DNA of 28,474 nucleotides, taken from positions 1-28,474 of the forward strand of contig CAZQKF010000001.1 in the NCBI GenBank assembly GCA_964593645.1, written 5' to 3'. How positions within the stretch are numbered: the first letter of the stretch is position 1; each line of letters begins with the position of its first letter. Origin of the DNA: an uncultured Desulfobulbus sp. (GTDB taxonomy: Bacteria > Desulfobacterota > Desulfobulbia > Desulfobulbales > Desulfobulbaceae). The notes below the pieces were generated by a model. That model ran no database searches, had not been told where the DNA came from, and saw nothing but the letters and a program-made list of their open reading frames with translations. The position numbers and the translations under genes are program-made. Positions 8,701 through 17,950 of the stretch are shown here, piece by piece.

Positions 8701-11700
8701 TCTTAGCCTGGCTGCCGGACAGGAGTTTACTTGGGAGGACAGGGACACCAACCAGCCCGTTCGTACTTTGGATCAGGCCCGCCTGATCGTTGAAAAAAAG
8801 GCTGTCCTGCGGACAACGCCGACTGCAGCACCGGAGAAGTCCTCCATAACCCTGCTTGGGCCTACGGTGGAGATTGACGGCCAGGTGCTTGCCCCGTCCG
8901 GTGATATCCGCATCGTGGCAGAAACCGCTACACAAAAAATGCCGGTCATTCATGTTACAGATACCGCAACGATCAGCGTTGCCGGGGCTAATGTCCTGAA
9001 CCGAATCCCTGGAGCTGTCAACCAGCCTTTGACCTACACCTCCCTTGATGCCGGCAGCATTGCCTTAAAGACCCAGATGGGTAAGGTGCTGGTAGACAAG
9101 CTGGCCGTTCTGGACGTTTCCGGCAGTGCACCAGCTGTGGCCGGATATTACCGGGAATTATCGGGTGGTGCAGATCTTCACGAAGCGTTATCCGCCAGCA
9201 AGGCGGGCCGTCTGGATATAGAGTTTGGAGAGGCGCTCGACCTGGCAGGTGAGCTGCGGGGAGGTTCGGCTATGGCCGGCATCGATGGCGGTGAACTTTC
9301 CATTACACGCAGAATGGATAATGCCGCACTGAACGTCAGTAATAGTGATTTAGGCGTTTGGCTGGCCGACGGTTTTGAGTCTCTGTCCCTGACAAGCTAC
9401 AGTGAGGTAAGGTTCTCCGGGGCCGTCAATCGCACCGTGCCCCGCACCCTTACCTTAGATGCCCCGGTGATCAGTGGCAGCGGTGAAGATATCAGCCTGT
9501 CGGCCAATCATGTCCAGTTGCGCAATAGTCTGTACGCCTTCAGCTCTGATGTTCGTGGTAATGCTGCTACTGCGGGCAAAATGGATATTTCCGGTAACTG
9601 GCTGGACGTCGAGGGTGGCTCCTATTTCAAGGGGTTTGACAACGTGAGCCTGCGCAGTCAAAACGACCTTACTCTGGATGACATATACAGTAACAATGGC
9701 AGCAGCAGCGTTTGGCTCCGCACCCTGGTGGCCGATAATGATTTGACCATACGGGCCGCCAGGATATTTCCCCGAACTGCAGCCGATTTCACAGTCAAGG
9801 CCGGCGGCAAAATAACCATCCTGCCAGGCAAAAAAGAAGAGAGTAGAAGGCCGATTTATTCGGCAGGGGGCCAGCTTGTCATTGAGGGGCAGGACATAGA
9901 TCTTGAGGGCTACGTCGCCGCCCCCATGGGCCGGATTTCCCTTACGGCTGCCGCCGATGACGGACGCATCTATCTGGCACCGGGTGCCACCGTTTCTACC
10001 AGAGGTGAGGCCGATGTTGCTTATGGCCTGTTAGGAGAGGAAAGCTGGTCAGTGGCATCCACAACCAATAATCCCAATACTCTAGGGTTGAATACCGTCG
10101 TCAATGGAGCGCCGGAAAAGGCTGTTGCTTTGAACGGCAACGAAGTCATTGTCAGCCAGGGCGCCGACATCGATGTTGGCGGCGGAGGTGCCATTTCAGG
10201 TAGCCTTTTCCTGCCCGGCATCGAGGGGTCGGCCAATCCATTGGCCGGCAATTATGTTATTTCCCCGGATCACTCGGTAGAACAGTCCGGGTTGGCTGTT
10301 TTTCTGGAAGGTTCGGAGAAACTCGGCCTGAATGCAGGGCTGTATTCTCTGCTGCCGGTCGAAGAGTACGCCTTTGTACCAGGGGCCTTGATCGTCGAAT
10401 CTCTGGGGATCACAGCCCTGCCAGGACAACAGGGTGAAACGGTTCGTCAGGGGGTAGTGTTGGCCGGGTATGAGACGGAGACCGGCATAACTGCCGTACC
10501 GGCACAGCGAACAGGTTTTCTGGTTCGCTCTGCGTCGGATGTACTGCGGGAGGGTAATTTTACCGTACGTTCCCTAGCGGCAGCAGAGGGGGGGGCAGTT
10601 TCCCTAACGGCCACTACTGCGATTCTCGATGGCTCCATCGAAGCGGCAGCTATGACTGGCCACACTGGCGGCAGCCTCGATCTTGCGGTACTAAATCCCA
10701 TTGAGGTTGGTTCGGGAAAGGCGCCGTTGCCCGCCGATTTTTCCTTTACTTCAGAAATTCCCAAGACGCTGGCCGGCAAATTCTTACTTAACGGTGAGGC
10801 TGTTTCGACTGCCGGTCTGTCCAAAATGACACTGGGCGCCATCAGTTATGACACTCTTCACCAAATTATCGCCGCAAAGACCACCGACTCCATAACTATG
10901 CTGGAAAACAGTAGGCTCTCGGTACCCGAACTTTCGCTTAACGCTGATAATATTTACATGAAAGCAGGAGCAACCCTGGAGGCTTTATCGGGTAAGGGGA
11001 GTTTGACATTAAGCGCAGGCCGGGTGGATACTGCGGTGGGATCGGAAATGCATGCCGCACACGCTTTTTCTCTTGAGGCTGATACACTGGATATGAACGG
11101 CGCTCTCAAGGTGGACAACTCATCACTCTCTCTTTTGTCTTCTAATATGTATTTCCTGCCGCAGGGGGTCAGTTATCAGGATATCGTCGCCAGGGGTGGC
11201 AACCCGGAGGATAAAGGCATGTATCTGCCTTACTCCTTGCTGGAGGTTATGAGCGGCCAGGACAACGTTACCCTGCAGGGTAGAAAAGGCATTGAATTTC
11301 TTGCCGACACCAATCTTAAAATGGCCGGAAATCTGACCCTTGATGGAGCAAGGTTGACTGCCGATGCGAATCATCAGGTCAGTTTGAATGCGTTGACGGT
11401 CACTCTCCTGCATAGCGGCAATGAAGCGGCGGAGGTTGGCGGCAATACTACGGGCAGTGGCGGATCTCTAGCGATCAGCGCCAATGAAATACAGATTGGC
11501 AAGGGCGATCTGCAGATAGATGGTTTCCATAACATCTCCTTTGATGCCGGCAAGGGCGATCTGGTCTTCAGGGGGAAAGGGTCTCTCACCGCCAAGGGAG
11601 ATCTGCAGTTGAGCGGCAACAAGGTGACCACCTCTTATTATCAGGTGGGGGATGAGCCGTACCAGCCAACTGATTTTGCGGTAAAGGCGGTGGACTCCGT

Positions 11701-14700
11701 CCTGACGGTTCTGCCAGGTACAAATGAATCGGGCGTGGTATCAGGCACCTTGGAGGTGCCGGGCGGCGGCCTGGAGCTGACAGGTAGAAAGGTGGATATA
11801 TCCGGTGACATTGAAGTGCCGGCAGGCAGGCTGCTTGTCACCGCCACCGGCACGGCCAATGACGGAGATGGCATTTTTCTGCGGGATGGTGCCTTGCTGG
11901 CGGCCCGCGGCAATGTTTACGAAAAGAGAATACAAGCTGGCGGCGGGGAGCAGACCCTGACAACGGTCACTCCCGGCGGTTACATCAACCTGCAGTCAGA
12001 AAAAGGGCGGATTGATCTTGCCGCTGGCAGCCACATCGATGTTTCAACGCTGAAGGGTGATGGTGAAGCTGGCGAAATCAGCCTCTATGCGCCGATGGCC
12101 GGGGTTGGTTTGGGAGGAAAACTTTCGGCCCATACTGCAGGCATCGGTGCGGGGGGAGCTTTGAGCCTGGCAACGGATAAGATAGGAACCTTTTCGACCT
12201 TCTATGCCAGTATTGAGCAAGCGGGCTTCAGCCGTGCTCTGGAACTAGGGGTGCGGAGCGGCGATATTATTATCGATACCAACGACATGGTCACTACCCC
12301 GAATCTGACCCTGTCCTCCGAAGACGGCAATATCCTGGTCAAGGGTACCATTGATGCTTCGACTGCCGGAGACGGCGGCACGGTCAAACTGTATGGTAAA
12401 AATGTTGAGATCGATGGCGGCAGGGTGTTGGCTAAGGGCAAGAATGGCGGCACGGTTGAGATGGGTACCGTGACCGGGCAGAACATGGACGATGCGGACG
12501 GCTGGATAACGATGATTAACGGCGCACTCGTTGATGTTTCTGGTAGCAGCGGTACTGGAGGCAAGGTCTACCTTCGGGCTGGTGTCAAGGTGGCGGGCGA
12601 CGATGTTAAGGTAAACCTGAGAGGTGGTACTATATCAGGGGCAGCCGAAACGGTGGTTGAGGCGGTGCAGGTGCAGCAGCTCAATCCCGGTGCCAGTGTT
12701 TCTTCATTTAGCACGTACAGCTGGCAGACGATAGCCCAGAATTTCATGACCGCCCAGCAGGCCGACACCAATAAGGGGAAAAGCCGCTTGCTTGCCGAAC
12801 TTGGGGCTGGGGCGGATAATTTTTACCTGCGGCCCGGTATTGAGGTCCGTAGCGCACCAGGTTCAGATCTCAAGGTTTCAGGAAAATTGAACCTGGGCAA
12901 ATTGCGTTTTGACGTAGAACCGGGGAGGCCGAAGGAAACGGGAGTATTGACCCTGCGCTCGCCAGACAACCTGACCGTCCAAGGCGACATCATCGATGTG
13001 CCCACCGGAGCCGCCGCAGCCCCGGCCGGTGAGAACCCGTCCTGGGACATCAATCTGGTTGCTGGTGCTGATACAGCCAGCGGCAACGTTATGGCTACTA
13101 ACGTCGGTAGCGGCGATCTGGCCGTTGGAACGGGTGGCACGAAATCGGTTGTTATCAGTGATAGCGGTGATGTGAGTTTTGCCTCGGGCGGCAATACCAC
13201 CATCGGCAAGGGCAAGAGTCAAGAAGGGTATTTCTATTTTAATAATAGCGGGGTAGCCAAGACGTTTGAACATCTGGACTACACTATTGCCTCGGTGGCT
13301 GGCGATATATCGGGCCGGGTTCGCAGTGATTTGACCTTTACTGGAGGCGCGATTCAGGACGGCAGCGGCTCGATATCTCTTGAGGTTGACGGCAATCTTG
13401 ATCTTGATAAAGGTGCCATCCGCACCATCGGCAAGCCGCCGGAGAATGTGAATGAGGTTTTCATAACTTCTATACAAAATTTACTGCTAGCTCGTCATAT
13501 CCAGCCCCAAAGCCCTATCTGGAACCGAATTATTACAATGTACAGTGAACCCCAGCGTTTACAGCAGTTCTGGGAATACCAAAACGGTGGTGATATCAGC
13601 ATTAAGGTGGGTAAGAACTATAAAAGCATGCTCGACAACACTCCGTGGGATTTAGCCTACACGTTGAAAGTGTCTGCGTCAAAAAGCCTGGATTTTTGGG
13701 CAGCCAATTACGGTAATACAAACAGCGACGGGCTGCGCGGTTTAGCTGCCATGGGGGGCGGCTCAGTTGACATCCGGGCCGGTGGCGATTTTACCGGTCG
13801 GGCTGGCACCTTCGGAGCTGGTGATCTGACAATAAGGGCTGGCCGAAATATTAATGGGCGCTTTCTGGTGGCGCAAGGAGATGGAAGTATCTCCAGTATG
13901 GCCAATATAGGCACTTCAAACAGCTTTCCTACTGCTCTTGAACTACTGGACGCCAGGGTAAACGTCAGCGCTCAGGGTGACCTGGTGCTTGGCGGCATCG
14001 TCAATCCGACCATTGCCAGTGAAAAGTTCAACAATTCCAAGCACTGGAATCTTACCTACAACTACAGTCAAATCGATCCGGTCACCGGCGAGTTAATCTC
14101 TGCTGATACAGCGGCTCATTTGACCTCAGTATTTGGTGATGTAGCCATATCTGGGAGCTATGATTCATATTACCAGTCACTCTCAGGCGTAAATAGCGAA
14201 ACTCATTGGAGGTTCACCCACCTTCTGCCGCCGGTTCTTGATCTGAAGGCTGGGCAGGATATTCGGCTTTCTGGAATTGAAACTTATTTGATGGCCCCAT
14301 CTCCCACCGGCAAGTTGTCGATGATTGCCGGCGGCGGCATATCGGGGCAGAAATTTAATAATTACGGAAAATTAGATATCCTGAATGTGTTGACTATCGC
14401 CATGGCCGATATGGATCCAGTTACGGTATACGGCGATCACGGAGGAGAGATCTTTAATGAGGTGGGCAAACGGTTCCTCTCCGAAGATATCTTGAAACGC
14501 ATGAATAACAAAAGCGGCGTATCAACAGTGCTTGGTGATGGTGCCACAACCGTGGTGCCGCTCCATAGCGGTGACCAGATGCCGGTGACCATCCTGGCCG
14601 GTAACGATATTAGTGACATAGGACTGACACTGGCTAAACAGACCAGGATCTCAGCCGGCGGCGACATAAATGGATTCAACTATATTGGTCAGAATATCAG

Positions 14701-15916
14701 TGCTGATGATATCTCGGAGATCAGGGCCGGCGGTGATATATCTCTAGAAAAGACCGCTGACCACAACTTTAATACGATAATCAAGCAGGGCGGCCCCGGT
14801 TTCCTGCTGGTCAAGGCAGACGGCAGCCTGAACCTGGGTAACTCGAAAGGCATCATCACGAACGGCAACGTCGAAAACCTGTCCCTTGATGCCGACGGCA
14901 GCACGTTGGCGGTAATGGTCGGTTATGACAAGAAGTTGAGCGAGAGTGAGCTGCGTGACTTTTTCGGTCGTCTGCGTGAAGCTGGTAAGGAATATTCCCG
15001 TCTGCTGGCCGATGGCAGTAATGAAGCAGCGGCCAAGGTACTGGCGGACACCAGACAGGGAGTGATCTTGCCAGCCCTTTACGGCGCTGTCGACAACGGC
15101 AGCATGAGAGGTACTGACATCATGGCCCCTGGAGCCTATGATGGTGGCGGTAATTTGGACATGATCAATTCTGAGATCAGTACCTCCGGAGGCGCCGATG
15201 ATATCTTCATGGTGGTCAGGGGTAATATCAATGTCGGCCGGACGACCTTTTCAAGCGATAGTAGTCAGAAAAATACCGGTATCACCACGGTGCGCAGCGG
15301 CGGTATTAATATATTTACCGGTTATGGCGACCTGAATGTTAACGAGTCACGGCTGATGACCTTCATGGGCGGCGATATCACTGCCTGGTCAGATTACGGC
15401 AATATCAATGCCGGCCGTGGTTCTACCACCGCCATCAGCGCCGTGGGCGAGACTTTCACCAATAACGCAGACGGCGATCTGGTTCCGGTCTTTTCGCCAC
15501 CATCCGTGGGCAGCGGTATCAGGACCCTGACCTTTGATCCGGATGGTTCGAATGGGCCGCTGACGGCACCTGTTGCGGGCGATGTCGCTCTGTTTGCCCC
15601 TGCCGGTGAGATAGATGCCGGTGAGGCGGGTATTAACGGAACCAACGTCATTCTGGCAGCCACAAAGGTCGTAAATGCCCAGAATATCAACTTCTCCCAG
15701 GGCGGCATCGGGGTACCAGCGAGCGGTGATGCTGCTGGCGGCATCGGGGCTTTGAGCGGGGCCAGTGATTTGGGCGGCGTGGGCAAGAATATAGCTGAGA
15801 GCACCTCCGCTCTGGCTCGGGCCAAGCAGCAGTTTGCCGATGAGGCCGCCATGCTGGCAGATACCTTCCAGCTTAAATGGTTAAGCGTGGAATTCACCGG
15901 ATTTGGATCTAAATAA
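5702..15916 (+). CDS. TpsA, filamentous haemagglutinin-like exoprotein with a C-terminal DUF3739-type domain (~3404 aa)
   Basis: ATG 5702 follows AGGTGA and is preferred over GTG 5693. Signal peptide, then a TPS secretion domain (ILDWNSFNIG, LNRI, VFLLNHNGILFG). Long Gly/Asn/Ser/Thr-rich beta-helix repeats (IDVSG, GGxIxL). C-terminal GNINAGRG...GSGIRTL...LFAPAGEIDAGEAGI block. Confidence 0.93.
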   Translation: MVSKSKKKYRLFTLQLIIAASSYLFLPSHLEAAQRLPAGYYAAQKVLNGLVLPPPASNALPNIRQVISGVAGLEKNAAGNRLTIHQNGKKAILDWNSFNIGANAETAFDQQGHANWAALNRIYDNDPSQIFGKLKADGKVFLLNHNGILFGPDSTTNVHSLVASSLNLDQNDFLNNIMHFKTAAGVGEAPGAVINQGSITTDQTGSVFLIGPRVENSTVLDGNGKVKSSGTINAPAGQIGLIAGEDVTIVPVTDKNEAKTRLASKVSINDGLGTAVNMAHSRLESKTGLIGMYGKVVNQEGMIRTVVALENQNRTGIELMASDHITTGPDSVTEAPISTTNKTQILKSKFKGGDIWFGGLSSGKYNKDTRTGWIKHEGKITAPTGVVTMKAAQRILLDSGSSIDVSGNWVARPMEDAFVNVKLTSEVLRDNYVNKNGPLFGATIRVNAREGTSIGDISGALARRENTALQNSTTAGTITLDAYSGTVVINPGASLDFAGGGTVYKSGLVATTKLVANNKAYDIAKASENLIYEGVFGYYEKKFERYNTTDVYSGTSYGNGTMKYFEGFTEGSDAGRLEITANALALNGSLNGHAIAGIYQTEKKENVNSFEKLVTRGRRRPQGGALTLQGPASGTQNVVDNFDAVVIAAGWGAGIRLSMDDLLPTTTVNGISQAATILPADMISFAGLSYLGVAADTSLEIDKDAVLRLEAGGELTGRARLVINRGAIDIPGGTVSLYSDENMTAYHSTDPDTPDKYIDMPEGIVLTNTSRIDVSGEEIDNRQVGQIANGELRHGIIAGGKVSLHDEIDYTRSDGQLVIDKGAVVDVSGGYEITTKGELLGGNGGQIDLQGTAIVQEGILRGRSLAGSSGGTIALHSERVLIGGKVPELPGNNDGPQPLPVDFFAGYLPENLKGGPIDETAPGRARGLVLDPDKLRDSGFANIIVKSVGDLFVQSGTELSPSASKNASPLRNTPVSARNGGAQQEPEVVQMEEDLLGPTSLSLAAGQEFTWEDRDTNQPVRTLDQARLIVEKKAVLRTTPTAAPEKSSITLLGPTVEIDGQVLAPSGDIRIVAETATQKMPVIHVTDTATISVAGANVLNRIPGAVNQPLTYTSLDAGSIALKTQMGKVLVDKLAVLDVSGSAPAVAGYYRELSGGADLHEALSASKAGRLDIEFGEALDLAGELRGGSAMAGIDGGELSITRRMDNAALNVSNSDLGVWLADGFESLSLTSYSEVRFSGAVNRTVPRTLTLDAPVISGSGEDISLSANHVQLRNSLYAFSSDVRGNAATAGKMDISGNWLDVEGGSYFKGFDNVSLRSQNDLTLDDIYSNNGSSSVWLRTLVADNDLTIRAARIFPRTAADFTVKAGGKITILPGKKEESRRPIYSAGGQLVIEGQDIDLEGYVAAPMGRISLTAAADDGRIYLAPGATVSTRGEADVAYGLLGEESWSVASTTNNPNTLGLNTVVNGAPEKAVALNGNEVIVSQGADIDVGGGGAISGSLFLPGIEGSANPLAGNYVISPDHSVEQSGLAVFLEGSEKLGLNAGLYSLLPVEEYAFVPGALIVESLGITALPGQQGETVRQGVVLAGYETETGITAVPAQRTGFLVRSASDVLREGNFTVRSLAAAEGGAVSLTATTAILDGSIEAAAMTGHTGGSLDLAVLNPIEVGSGKAPLPADFSFTSEIPKTLAGKFLLNGEAVSTAGLSKMTLGAISYDTLHQIIAAKTTDSITMLENSRLSVPELSLNADNIYMKAGATLEALSGKGSLTLSAGRVDTAVGSEMHAAHAFSLEADTLDMNGALKVDNSSLSLLSSNMYFLPQGVSYQDIVARGGNPEDKGMYLPYSLLEVMSGQDNVTLQGRKGIEFLADTNLKMAGNLTLDGARLTADANHQVSLNALTVTLLHSGNEAAEVGGNTTGSGGSLAISANEIQIGKGDLQIDGFHNISFDAGKGDLVFRGKGSLTAKGDLQLSGNKVTTSYYQVGDEPYQPTDFAVKAVDSVLTVLPGTNESGVVSGTLEVPGGGLELTGRKVDISGDIEVPAGRLLVTATGTANDGDGIFLRDGALLAARGNVYEKRIQAGGGEQTLTTVTPGGYINLQSEKGRIDLAAGSHIDVSTLKGDGEAGEISLYAPMAGVGLGGKLSAHTAGIGAGGALSLATDKIGTFSTFYASIEQAGFSRALELGVRSGDIIIDTNDMVTTPNLTLSSEDGNILVKGTIDASTAGDGGTVKLYGKNVEIDGGRVLAKGKNGGTVEMGTVTGQNMDDADGWITMINGALVDVSGSSGTGGKVYLRAGVKVAGDDVKVNLRGGTISGAAETVVEAVQVQQLNPGASVSSFSTYSWQTIAQNFMTAQQADTNKGKSRLLAELGAGADNFYLRPGIEVRSAPGSDLKVSGKLNLGKLRFDVEPGRPKETGVLTLRSPDNLTVQGDIIDVPTGAAAAPAGENPSWDINLVAGADTASGNVMATNVGSGDLAVGTGGTKSVVISDSGDVSFASGGNTTIGKGKSQEGYFYFNNSGVAKTFEHLDYTIASVAGDISGRVRSDLTFTGGAIQDGSGSISLEVDGNLDLDKGAIRTIGKPPENVNEVFITSIQNLLLARHIQPQSPIWNRIITMYSEPQRLQQFWEYQNGGDISIKVGKNYKSMLDNTPWDLAYTLKVSASKSLDFWAANYGNTNSDGLRGLAAMGGGSVDIRAGGDFTGRAGTFGAGDLTIRAGRNINGRFLVAQGDGSISSMANIGTSNSFPTALELLDARVNVSAQGDLVLGGIVNPTIASEKFNNSKHWNLTYNYSQIDPVTGELISADTAAHLTSVFGDVAISGSYDSYYQSLSGVNSETHWRFTHLLPPVLDLKAGQDIRLSGIETYLMAPSPTGKLSMIAGGGISGQKFNNYGKLDILNVLTIAMADMDPVTVYGDHGGEIFNEVGKRFLSEDILKRMNNKSGVSTVLGDGATTVVPLHSGDQMPVTILAGNDISDIGLTLAKQTRISAGGDINGFNYIGQNISADDISEIRAGGDISLEKTADHNFNTIIKQGGPGFLLVKADGSLNLGNSKGIITNGNVENLSLDADGSTLAVMVGYDKKLSESELRDFFGRLREAGKEYSRLLADGSNEAAAKVLADTRQGVILPALYGAVDNGSMRGTDIMAPGAYDGGGNLDMINSEISTSGGADDIFMVVRGNINVGRTTFSSDSSQKNTGITTVRSGGINIFTGYGDLNVNESRLMTFMGGDITAWSDYGNINAGRGSTTAISAVGETFTNNADGDLVPVFSPPSVGSGIRTLTFDPDGSNGPLTAPVAGDVALFAPAGEIDAGEAGINGTNVILAATKVVNAQNINFSQGGIGVPASGDAAGGIGALSGASDLGGVGKNIAESTSALARAKQQFADEAAMLADTFQLKWLSVEFTGFGSK

Positions 15917-16150
15917 CAGAATAAGCAGCTAGTGCCTCATAAACCTTAAAGTGTCGCATCTTACTTGTCATTTGACGCACCAACGGCGTTACGACTTCTG
16001 TTACATAGCGCTGCTATGCGCCGCCAGTCGAGCCTTGTTGGTACGCCAAATCACTTCGTAATCTTGCAACATTTTAAGGTTTACGAGGCACTAGTAGTCA
16101 GAAAACGGAAAATTTCAAATTCATAATTCTGTATTAAAGAGAGAAAAAGA

Positions 16151-17950
16151 ATGAAAAAAAACGACAACACGGGATGCAAGACGTTCATTGCCTTGACTAT
16201 TATTTTGGGTTTTGCGCTGCATGCGACCAGTGCCATGGCCTGGTGGAACGAAAACTGGAAATATCGCAAGACGATTAACTTTGACACCAGTGAGAATGGT
16301 ACATATCTCAAACAGGATCTGAAAAATATCACCCTGCTGGTCAGGTTGCACAGCGGGAATTTCGATTTCAGCCGGGCAAAGGAGGATGGCGGGGATCTGC
16401 GATTCGTTGGCAGCTCTGACAAGACTTTGCTCAGCTACCGGATCGCTTATTACTCTGCTATTGACGATATGGCTTATTTCTGGGTCAAAGTCCCTATGTT
16501 GATGGCCAATACTGATAAGAATGTGGCGTACCTGTACTACGGCAATGATGAAGCTAATGCCGCCGCTTTACCGCCAACTGGCATATTTGACAGTGCTACG
16601 GTTATCGCTTTGTCCCTGGACAAATATGAAGGGCTGCCGGTAGATAGTACGATGTACGGCAATACCGTCAAGGATGCCAACGCTGCACTCGGCACCCCGG
16701 CCGTTGTCGGGGCAGGGGCTTCATTATTTGGTAAGGAGTGGATAATAGTCAAGCCGTCAGCTTCACTTGATTTCAGCAAGGGATTGTCCTTTGCCGCCTG
16801 GTTTCGTACTTCTGATCTTAACGGGAAGTCGCAGCTGGCTACGGTTAACGAGGGACAACAATCTCTGTCTATCGATCTTGAAAACGGCAGTTTTGTGGTC
16901 ACCCTTGACGGGGAAAAAGTAGATGCCCGCTCCGCCACACCTATTTTGGTTAACGAGTGGCACTACCTGGCCGTCACTGCTGGCCAGGAAAAGGCTGCCG
17001 TCTACCTGGACGGCAGTCAGCTAGTGACCACGGCCTTCAAGGGTAAGTTACCAGGAGCGCAGACCATGGTGCGCATCGGGGCCGGGCCAGGGGGGAAAAG
17101 GGGTTTTACAGGCGATCTTGATGAAATTCGCCTAGCCAACGTGGCCCGTCAAGCAGATTGGATAAAGGCAGCATATTCTGACCAGGGTCCGCAGGCCAAA
17201 TTGGTGCAGATTGGTACTGAAGTGGGCAACGAAACCACCAGCTCCATGCCGGTTATCTATCTTGCCACCATCGTCAAAAATATCAGCCTCGACGGGTGGC
17301 TTATCATCGGCGTACTTGGCATTTTTTCTGTGGCAAGTTGGATTGTCCTGATGTGGAAGACTTTTTCTCTCTGGATGAATAAACGGGACAATAAGGCATT
17401 TCTGGAGGTGTTTACAAGTGACCATGAGGTGCGCAGCTGCATTGATGACGATGAGGAATATCAAAATTCCACTCTTTACCGGGTGTATCGCATGGGCTGC
17501 AAGGAACTGCGGGAACTGGTTTTTCCTCCAGATTCCAAGGATGAAAGCGGAGCTCAGGAACCGGTTATGCTTTCACGGAGGGATTTAGCGGCGTTCAGAA
17601 CCAGACTTGAAAATGGCTTTTTGCATGAGAACAAGAGACTTAACGGATGGTTACCGCTCTTGGTAGTGGCTATATCCGGAGGGCCGTTTCTCGGGCTGCT
17701 TGGTACGGTGTGGGGGGTTATGAATACCTTTGCCGCTATGGCTGAGGCTGGCGAAGCAAATATTATGGCCATTGCTCCGGGCGTGGCCTCGGCGCTGTCG
17801 ACCACAGTAATAGGCTTGCTGGTCGCCATTCCTGCCTCATTTGGCTACAACTACTTGCTGGGTAACGTTAAGGAGATTACCACCGATCTGGCTGTCTTCG
17901 TTGAGGATTTCGTTGTTCACGTGGATAGAAAATATGGAGATGACGAATGA
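16151..17950 (+). CDS. exbB: DUF2341 + LamG/concanavalin-like + MotA/TolQ/ExbB proton-channel fusion protein
   Basis: Signal peptide. DUF2341 signature WWNENWKYRK...DGGDLRF...FWVKVP...LYYGN. LamG motifs FAAWF, WHYLAVT, VYLDG, FTGDLDEIR. ExbB motifs GPFLGLLGTVWG and APGVASALSTTVIGL. Confidence 0.92.
   Translation: MKKNDNTGCKTFIALTIILGFALHATSAMAWWNENWKYRKTINFDTSENGTYLKQDLKNITLLVRLHSGNFDFSRAKEDGGDLRFVGSSDKTLLSYRIAYYSAIDDMAYFWVKVPMLMANTDKNVAYLYYGNDEANAAALPPTGIFDSATVIALSLDKYEGLPVDSTMYGNTVKDANAALGTPAVVGAGASLFGKEWIIVKPSASLDFSKGLSFAAWFRTSDLNGKSQLATVNEGQQSLSIDLENGSFVVTLDGEKVDARSATPILVNEWHYLAVTAGQEKAAVYLDGSQLVTTAFKGKLPGAQTMVRIGAGPGGKRGFTGDLDEIRLANVARQADWIKAAYSDQGPQAKLVQIGTEVGNETTSSMPVIYLATIVKNISLDGWLIIGVLGIFSVASWIVLMWKTFSLWMNKRDNKAFLEVFTSDHEVRSCIDDDEEYQNSTLYRVYRMGCKELRELVFPPDSKDESGAQEPVMLSRRDLAAFRTRLENGFLHENKRLNGWLPLLVVAISGGPFLGLLGTVWGVMNTFAAMAEAGEANIMAIAPGVASALSTTVIGLLVAIPASFGYNYLLGNVKEITTDLAVFVEDFVVHVDRKYGDDE

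Noticed and set aside
10588-10595. G8 run within tpsA as a phase-variation tract
   Set aside because: One G8 in 10 kb of G-rich, Gly-coding DNA is close to chance expectation.
16038-16056. Sigma54 promoter (TGGTACG...)
   Set aside because: There is no TTGC at the -12 position with the required spacing.
5702-16150. TpsA as a CdiA contact-dependent toxin
   Set aside because: I saw no VENN-type junction or toxin-like C-terminal domain, and there is no small immunity gene after the stop. The C-terminus is DUF3739-like.
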